The position numbers and the translations under genes are program-made. DNA of 42,545 nt, from assembly GCA_046483305.1 (NCBI GenBank), contig JAWODM010000032.1:1-42545 (forward strand). Direction: 5' to 3'. Source of the stretch: Candidatus Krumholzibacteriales bacterium (GTDB lineage: Bacteria > Krumholzibacteriota > Krumholzibacteriia > Krumholzibacteriales > WJIX01). Numbering within the stretch: the stretch's first letter is position 1; the number at the start of each line of letters is the position of its first letter. Below the pieces are notes generated by a model. It saw only the letters and a list, made by a program, of their open reading frames with translations. It made no database searches and was not told where the DNA came from. Shown here one piece after another: positions 36,576 to 42,545 of this stretch.

Positions 36576-36875
36576 TTACAGAATCTCTTCGGCCAGCTCC
36601 AGGAACCTCTTGTAGGGTATCGCCATCAGGCTTTCCGCCTGAAACGCTCCGTTGGAGAGGCTGATCATGGATACCTTGGCGGCGGTCTCTTCATCCGGCG
36701 CTTCGTAAATATCCATGAAATCATACTTTCCCAGAAGGGCGTAATGTGAGATGAATTTAACTTCGGGGCATTTCTCCTTGACCTGCTCCAGCCATTCCCG
36801 CCCCTGCTTTTTGCGGTCTTCCATCTTGATACTCTGTTCCGGTGAGAACTTGGTAAGAAGTATATATGTCTGCAT
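36576..36875 (-). CDS. GYD domain protein
   Basis: MQTYILLTK...YALLGKYDF...EAPDEETAAKVS; RBS AGGAGG before ATG 36875. Confidence 0.85.
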   Translation of the reverse strand: MQTYILLTKFSPEQSIKMEDRKKQGREWLEQVKEKCPEVKFISHYALLGKYDFMDIYEAPDEETAAKVSMISLSNGAFQAESLMAIPYKRFLELAEEIL

Positions 36876-37008
36876 AATGTTCCTCCTTGACTTATAATCG
36901 CCAGAGCTGATTTTATCAGTATTCGGCTGAAAGTTCAAGGAACATTCCATGACAATTGAGGGATGGCGATGCCGGCCATCATCGCCATGTATGTCCCCGG
37001 ATCCGCCC

Positions 37009-37037
37009 TTGACAGGCTTATCTTATTATGGTAGAGT
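37009..37037 (+). promoter_or_regulatory. Sigma70 promoter with extended -10
   Basis: TTGACA-N17-TAGAGT, preceded by TG. Confidence 0.65.
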
Positions 37038-37084
37038 AACATACAGTCTATGATAATGCATGGATTCATAAAGGGGGTGATATT

Positions 37085-37555
37085 GTGAGAAAACTGATTA
37101 TACTGTTCAGCGTTCTGGCCATAGCTCTTTACGCGGCGCCGGCCAGCGCGGAAGACTGTATTGACGTAGAACTCGGAGCGGAAGTAGTGGAAACCGACCC
37201 CATTGATATTCTCCAGATCTACTTCTCTCTGGAAAACTGCGGAACCGAGCCGGGGACAGTCGGACTGACAGTCGAGCTGACCAAGGACGCGGAAGAAATC
37301 GGTACCGGGATGTTTGAAATATACATGCCGGCCGGTGAGATTTTCACACAGGAACTCGAACTGCCGCTTCCCGATGTAGTACCTCCCGGTGAATATACAC
37401 TCTGTATAACAGCTGAGCTGGGTACTGCCACGGATGTAGCCTGCGCAACCATAGATCTGAATGAAGATAATATGGTTACGTCTTTCAACACGCTGCAGTC
37501 ACCCACAGACACTGATACCTCTACCTGGGGTGCGTTGAAATCAATATACAGGTAG
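37085..37555 (+). CDS. Secreted Ig-like protein with C-terminal TWGALKSIYR motif
   Basis: GTG start with GGGGGTGA RBS, signal peptide ending ASA, acidic beta-sandwich-like body, Thr/Asp linker, then TWGALKSIYR and stop. Confidence 0.8.
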   Translation: MRKLIILFSVLAIALYAAPASAEDCIDVELGAEVVETDPIDILQIYFSLENCGTEPGTVGLTVELTKDAEEIGTGMFEIYMPAGEIFTQELELPLPDVVPPGEYTLCITAELGTATDVACATIDLNEDNMVTSFNTLQSPTDTDTSTWGALKSIYR

Positions 37556-37577
37556 TTTCGGCAGTTTAAAAATCTCG

Positions 37578-37615
37578 GAAGGAGCGCTCTGTAGAGGGTG
37601 CTCCTTCTCTTTTTT
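37578..37615 (+). terminator. Intrinsic terminator
   Basis: GAAGGAGCGCTCT...GAGGGTGCTCCTTC hairpin (with G-U pairs) followed by a T run. Confidence 0.8.
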
Positions 37616-37679
37616 CTCTGAAAAGGAAAAAGGGGAGATTTTCACCAGCAGTGAATAAGGACAGCCTCAGGTAAGAATT

Positions 37680-39311
37680 ATGATTATTTCAGTAAAAAAG
37701 AGTTCTGCAGTCCTTCTGTGGTTACTTATTACCGGCCTTGTAATTAGTTTTAAAATCGAAGCAGTTGAAAAGATTACCACCTTCAGGGGTGAACATCTGA
37801 ATGACCAGTTCGGTATATCGATGCACTCAGCCGGCGATTTCAATGGAGACGGCTACCTCGACCTGGTGATAGGAGCCAACCTGGAGGATTCCGGCGGAGA
37901 TGCGGCAGGCCGGTGTTACCTTTACCTGGGTGGGATGGCCCCCGATTCGATCCCGGCCCTGACCTTCACCGGTTCGCAGGGGGACCGGTTTGGAACGCGG
38001 GTAGCCGGCGGAGGAGACATCAACAACGACGGTTACGATGACATTGCGGTTTATGCAAGGGGAGAGGCCGGGGACCCGGGATATGTGTATATCTTCTTCG
38101 GCGGCTGCTCCCCCGACGGCATTCCCGATATTGTCCTGGAGGGCACTGATCCCGGCGGCCGGTTCGGACAGGGAATATCCCTGGAGGGCGACCTTAACGG
38201 CGACGGATGCGAGGACCTGGTTATAGGGGCGTCTGAGGCGGATTCATCCGGGGTGGTCTATATATACTACGGCGCGAACCCGTTTGATCAGGCAGCGGAT
38301 CTGATCATCCATGGCGAGAATTCTGGCGACATGTTCGGAAGTATGGTAACTGCCGGAGGCGATGTTAACGGAGACGGATATGATGACCTTCTGGTCGGCG
38401 CTCCCAGGAATGACGACAGCGCGGTATGGGCCGGGAAAGCATATCTATACCTCGGAGGGACAGCCCTCGATACCATTCCTGATCTATCTATGACCGGCGT
38501 TTCCACTGGAGACGGATTCGGCACCGCCGGGAAATTCATAGGCGACCTCAATGGCGACTCCATTGACGAAATGATAGTTTCCGCCCCCTATTTCAATAAT
38601 ATATACGGTGACGATGTAGGCATAATATACCTCTTTCTGGGCACTTCCAGCCCGGACGGCATGCACGACGGCGTAATAACAGGTGAATTATACTACGAAC
38701 AGTTTGGATACTCTCTCGCCAGCACCGATGTGGACGGCGACGGAACCGAAGATATAATTGCGGGAGCTCCCGGATACGGCGGGCCCGGAGTACAATTTGG
38801 GAAAGTATACCTCTACAGAGGAGAATATCCACTTCCATCTTCCCCGCTTTTCACCCACCAGCCCGCAGATACCACCGGGAGCCTTGGAATATCAGTGGCG
38901 GGGCCCGGCCGCTTTGCCATGCACCAGGGCGGTGGAGGCAGTTTCGCCGCGGGCGGCTGGAATATCGAAGGCAAGGGAGCGGTTAATCTTTACGGGGAAC
39001 AGATCATAGTGACCGATATCGATCCGGTTGAAGAAATCAAAGAGAATCTGGTGGATATCTATCCCAATCCCACCCGGTCCAGTTTCAGTATCAGGTGCCT
39101 GCTGGCTGAAAGAAGCGAGGTGAGTATGGCATTATATGATGTGGCCGGCAGAAAGATTGATGAAATAGCCGGAGGTACTTACGGAAAAGGGATGATCGTG
39201 CAGGACTGGAAACCCGGTAAGGGACGGAAAAAGCTTTCCAGAGGGGTATACTTCGTGGCGGTGAGGATTGGAGAGCGGACTTTTACGAGAAAAATCCTTG
39301 TCATGAAATAA
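37680..39311 (+). CDS. Secreted FG-GAP (integrin-alpha-type propeller) protein with T9SS-A/FlgD-Ig-like C-terminal domain
   Basis: Repeats FG....GDxNxDGxxDxxxGAP; C-terminal YPNP...YDVAGR...GVYF...RKILVMK. Confidence 0.88.
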   Translation: MIISVKKSSAVLLWLLITGLVISFKIEAVEKITTFRGEHLNDQFGISMHSAGDFNGDGYLDLVIGANLEDSGGDAAGRCYLYLGGMAPDSIPALTFTGSQGDRFGTRVAGGGDINNDGYDDIAVYARGEAGDPGYVYIFFGGCSPDGIPDIVLEGTDPGGRFGQGISLEGDLNGDGCEDLVIGASEADSSGVVYIYYGANPFDQAADLIIHGENSGDMFGSMVTAGGDVNGDGYDDLLVGAPRNDDSAVWAGKAYLYLGGTALDTIPDLSMTGVSTGDGFGTAGKFIGDLNGDSIDEMIVSAPYFNNIYGDDVGIIYLFLGTSSPDGMHDGVITGELYYEQFGYSLASTDVDGDGTEDIIAGAPGYGGPGVQFGKVYLYRGEYPLPSSPLFTHQPADTTGSLGISVAGPGRFAMHQGGGGSFAAGGWNIEGKGAVNLYGEQIIVTDIDPVEEIKENLVDIYPNPTRSSFSIRCLLAERSEVSMALYDVAGRKIDEIAGGTYGKGMIVQDWKPGKGRKKLSRGVYFVAVRIGERTFTRKILVMK

Positions 39312-39497
39312 GTTATATCTTTATGGCCTGCAGCGGTTCCTTTAATCAAAGGATATATGAATAGTCTTTTAGATAAGACCTTATCAGAATAATAAATCCG
39401 CCGCATGAAACAGCCAGGGATCCGCTATCGCTCTAATATTCTCACCCCGGCCGGCTCCTCTCATCCGGCTAGAAAAGACACCCCCTTCCCCGGGCGC

Positions 39498-42203
39498 TCA
39501 CCGCATCAACACCATCTTCCTGGTCACGCTTTTCCTGCCGGCGGTCAGCTTATACAGATACAATCCGCTCGAAACATCTGCCCCTTCCCCATTGCACCCG
39601 CTCCATTCTATTTCATGCGTGCCGGCATCCCGCACTGAATCTTCAAGCCGGTTTACCAGACGTCCGGAAACATCGAAAACATCCAGCGTCACATGTGTTC
39701 TTTCCGGTATGCTGTAATAAATAGTTGTATGGGGATTGAACGGATTGGGGTAATTCTGTCTCAGAGCAAATCCGGGTGTCTCTGCCATTACTGTTTCGGT
39801 CACAAAGAGAGTCCGGGTGCCCTGTTCATCGCTAACATCCACCCGGTATCGATACCCTGATCCCGGCTCACAGTTTTTATCCAGGAACTGGTACGATAAT
39901 TCTCCGGTTTCCATGATCCCGGGTTCTATCCTGGCGAAGATGCTGGCGCCCTCGAGCTTACGGTAGACCGCAAAGTCGGTGTGGCTGTCCGCCTCTGACA
40001 ACTGCCAGGATACCCTGATTCCCTTTTCAAGACTCAAGCTCAGATAAGAGCTCAGCACAGTCGCAGTCGCATCCTCGGTGAGATTGAAGAGCATAGAAAC
40101 GGCATCCCGGCATACCACCGCCAGGTCCACGTCGCCGTCTTCATCAAAATCTGCGCTTTCCGCCAGGTCGTTACCGACATCAGAGCGGATAAGATATTTT
40201 CCCGCATCGGAGAAAGTGCAGTCACCCATCCCAAGGAAAACAGATACATCGTGACAACCGGCGTTCACCACTGCCAGATCGGGGTATCCATCACTGTCAT
40301 AATCTCCAGAAGTTATTGAGCCTGGCACCATACCGCTGCTGTAGCTGATATGAGAATTGAATGTGCCATCTCCCATACCCCGGAATACATGTATCTTATC
40401 CCTGCCTGCGGCAGTGGCCAGATCAAGATGCCCGTCGGTATCATAATCTCCTGTATTGATATCAGAAGGTTGACTTCCGTCACCGAAGTTGACAGCAGGC
40501 TCAAAGGTTCCATTACCCTCACCGATAAGTATAGACATGTTTTTTGAACCACGATTACCTACAACCAGATCATCAGTTCCATCCTCATTGAAATCCCCGG
40601 CCACCATGGAAAACGGTTCATCGCCTGCACCATAACTTACCGCGGACCCAAAACTGCCGTCTCCCGCCCCCGGCAGTATCGAAACTACATCTGTCGTAGA
40701 GTTAGCAACTGCCAGGTCGGGGTGACCGTCTCCATTGAATTCTCCCGTTGTAATACAGCTGGGAAAATCACCGGCGCTGTAGCTGACCGCCGGGCTGAAT
40801 GTGCCATCTCCAGCTCCCAGCAGAACAGAGGCGTCATCGGAATGGTATCCTGATATTGCCAGGTCAATAGCGCCGTCTCCATCAAAATCTCCGGCTGTCA
40901 CTGAATTCGGAGCATTTCCAGCGGAGTAAGTTCCCGCTGCAACCAGATTCCCACTCCCATCGCCAAGGAGAATAGTGACCTCGTCCGTGGTTCTGTTGAC
41001 AGCAGCCATATCCATGTGCCCGTCATTATCAAAATCGGCTGATAAAGTTGAATATGAACCTGTATCGATACTGTAGCTCGGTATTGAGACAAATGTTCCG
41101 TCTCCGGCACCGGGAAGTATGCAAATATTGCCGGAGGTTTCATTTCCCACAGCGAGATCAATATTGCCGTCCTGATCATAATCCCAGGGAGCAATTCCCA
41201 CGGAAACAAAGCCTGATAAATAATCTACTGCCGGAGCGAAAGCGCCATCTCCATATCCCAGCAGAATAGATACTGTTCCCATATAATCGGTGTAGCCATA
41301 GTTTGTGACCGCCAGGTCTGTGTGGCCGTCACCGTTAAAATCTGCGGTGGCAACCCTGGCGGGCTCGTCTCCAGCGCCAAACTCTGCGGCGGATGCGAAG
41401 CTGCCATCCCCGGACCCGAGGAATACAGAAACGTTGTCCGAGTAACGATTGGAAACCGCAACATCCTGGTGCCCGTTTGCATCGAAATCCGCAACGGCAA
41501 CCCCCTCCGGCCCGTCTCCGGCGCTCAGTGAGGGCAGGGAAGAGAAGGTGCCGTCTCCGGCACCGAGCAGGATCAATAAATCATTGGAATAGTGGTTTCC
41601 CACCGCCAGGTCCATGTGCCCGTCCTCATTGAAGTCTCCCCGGTCGATTGAATTAGGCCCTTCGCCTGCAGGGATATTAACCGCTGAGGCAAAGGTGCCG
41701 TCTCCCATGCCTGGAAAGACCGAAATGCTATCGGAGGCTACATTCGCCACTGCCAGGTCTGCATGCCCGTCTTCATTAAAGTCTGAACAGGTGATGGAGA
41801 ATGGCCCGGCCAGGGCATCGTAATTGACAGCCGGGAGAAAGGTGCCGTCACCCACTCCGAGAAGAATTGAAACATTGTCAGCCATATTGTTTGCTACCGC
41901 CAGATCAAGGTTCCCGTCTTCATCAAAATCGCCTGCGGTAACCGACATGGGCGACCTGTCGGAGCTGTAATTAACCGCTTTCGAGAAAGTGCCGTCTCCA
42001 TTGCCCAATAGTACCGAAACCCCATCAGAATAGATGCCCACCGCCGCAAGATCCATGTAACCATCGTGGTTGAAATCCCCTCTGCTCACTGAATAAGCAG
42101 TTCCAGTCCTGTAGGTCAGAGCCGAATCGAACAGAGGCTCAAAGGCAAATGCGGCCATAGGCGGGATCAGCAGCAAAAACGCAACTATCAGGTATCTTCT
42201 CAT
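39498..42203 (-). CDS. Secreted FG-GAP-like/VCBS repeat protein with FlgD-Ig/T9SS-A C-terminal domain
   Basis: About 14 repeats of GDFNxDGxxDLAVAN...VSILLGxGDGTF; C-terminal QNYPNPFNP...FDVSGRLV...SSGLYLYKL...RKMVLMR. Confidence 0.9.
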   Translation of the reverse strand: MRRYLIVAFLLLIPPMAAFAFEPLFDSALTYRTGTAYSVSRGDFNHDGYMDLAAVGIYSDGVSVLLGNGDGTFSKAVNYSSDRSPMSVTAGDFDEDGNLDLAVANNMADNVSILLGVGDGTFLPAVNYDALAGPFSITCSDFNEDGHADLAVANVASDSISVFPGMGDGTFASAVNIPAGEGPNSIDRGDFNEDGHMDLAVGNHYSNDLLILLGAGDGTFSSLPSLSAGDGPEGVAVADFDANGHQDVAVSNRYSDNVSVFLGSGDGSFASAAEFGAGDEPARVATADFNGDGHTDLAVTNYGYTDYMGTVSILLGYGDGAFAPAVDYLSGFVSVGIAPWDYDQDGNIDLAVGNETSGNICILPGAGDGTFVSIPSYSIDTGSYSTLSADFDNDGHMDMAAVNRTTDEVTILLGDGSGNLVAAGTYSAGNAPNSVTAGDFDGDGAIDLAISGYHSDDASVLLGAGDGTFSPAVSYSAGDFPSCITTGEFNGDGHPDLAVANSTTDVVSILPGAGDGSFGSAVSYGAGDEPFSMVAGDFNEDGTDDLVVGNRGSKNMSILIGEGNGTFEPAVNFGDGSQPSDINTGDYDTDGHLDLATAAGRDKIHVFRGMGDGTFNSHISYSSGMVPGSITSGDYDSDGYPDLAVVNAGCHDVSVFLGMGDCTFSDAGKYLIRSDVGNDLAESADFDEDGDVDLAVVCRDAVSMLFNLTEDATATVLSSYLSLSLEKGIRVSWQLSEADSHTDFAVYRKLEGASIFARIEPGIMETGELSYQFLDKNCEPGSGYRYRVDVSDEQGTRTLFVTETVMAETPGFALRQNYPNPFNPHTTIYYSIPERTHVTLDVFDVSGRLVNRLEDSVRDAGTHEIEWSGCNGEGADVSSGLYLYKLTAGRKSVTRKMVLMR

Positions 42204-42348
42204 GATAACCCCCTTTTCATCATGCTAATTGATACGTGCGCAACCCATTAAAAGATTGTGGTGATAATTCCCTTATAATTTTTATGGTGAGGTCTATCTT
42301 TAATATGTGAAATGACTGATCCGCTTGTCAAGCAATTATCCTGGCGAG

Positions 42349-42545
42349 CTACAGCCGCAATCCCGTAAGTTTATTCTTCAGCGCCCACATACCTATACTG
42401 AACCGGTGCTCCAGGAGGGCCTTTCTCAGCATGCACCCCATCCAGTAAAGCTTCTTCTCGGCCCTGCTCTCCTCTCTGGCCCTTTCCGCCTCCGGGGAGT
42501 TCCACAGGGAGTCGAAGGCCCGCTCGGCAAGGTTTCCCATCACAT
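42349..42545 (-). CDS. 3' end of a probable radical SAM/SPASM protein (truncated by the window edge)
   Basis: MGNLAERAFDSLWNSPEAERAR matches the SPASM/twitch GN...F..IW.S motif. Confidence 0.6.
   Translation of the reverse strand, partial: VMGNLAERAFDSLWNSPEAERAREESRAEKKLYWMGCMLRKALLEHRFSIGMWALKNKLTGLRL

Noticed and set aside
36963..36988. Hairpin ATGGCGATG...CATCGCCAT in a divergent intergenic region
   Set aside because: There is no U tract and no recognisable operator or RNA family; its function cannot be supported.
39900..42100. CRISPR-like or tandem DNA repeats
   Set aside because: The repeats are degenerate coding repeats of the FG-GAP-like protein, with no identical repeat-spacer pattern.
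42349..42545. Apparent loss of SPASM cysteines (AEKKLYWMGC)
   Set aside because: Only the last 64 codons are visible, so it cannot be assessed.

Overview
Gene-dense bacterial chromosomal window, probably from an anaerobe related to the FCB group (Krumholzibacteriota/Latescibacterota-like). This placement is inferred only from the FlgD-Ig/T9SS-type C-terminal domains and a C-terminal TWGxxK motif. In order, the window holds: an AsmA-like gene, a secreted tricorn (S41) protease and a B12-radical SAM gene; a tungstate uptake and pterin-cofactor operon (wtpABC, HTH-only modE, two hypothetical genes, moeA, moaA, moaC, MOSC, mogA) with a ModE-type box; a secreted beta-propeller protein; a sigma54-preceded minor pilin operon with a giant PilW-adhesin fusion; a cstA / small ORF / ArsA-Get3 ATPase / membrane-anchored protein operon; a MITE-like element inside a 16-bp direct repeat; and GT-C glycosyltransferase, rubrerythrin-like and ADP-ribosylglycohydrolase genes. 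The highlight is a split aldehyde:ferredoxin oxidoreductase (AOR/WOR family). Its N-terminal domain is fused to NuoE+NuoF (HydC/HydB-like) and its C-terminal domains are fused behind a HydA/NuoG-like Fe-S module, followed by thiF and thiS. This is a candidate two-chain, electron-bifurcating tungstoenzyme. The window ends with secreted FG-GAP proteins and a truncated SPASM gene. No rRNA, tRNA, CRISPR array or transposase was recognised. All family assignments come from motif recognition by eye, without database searches.
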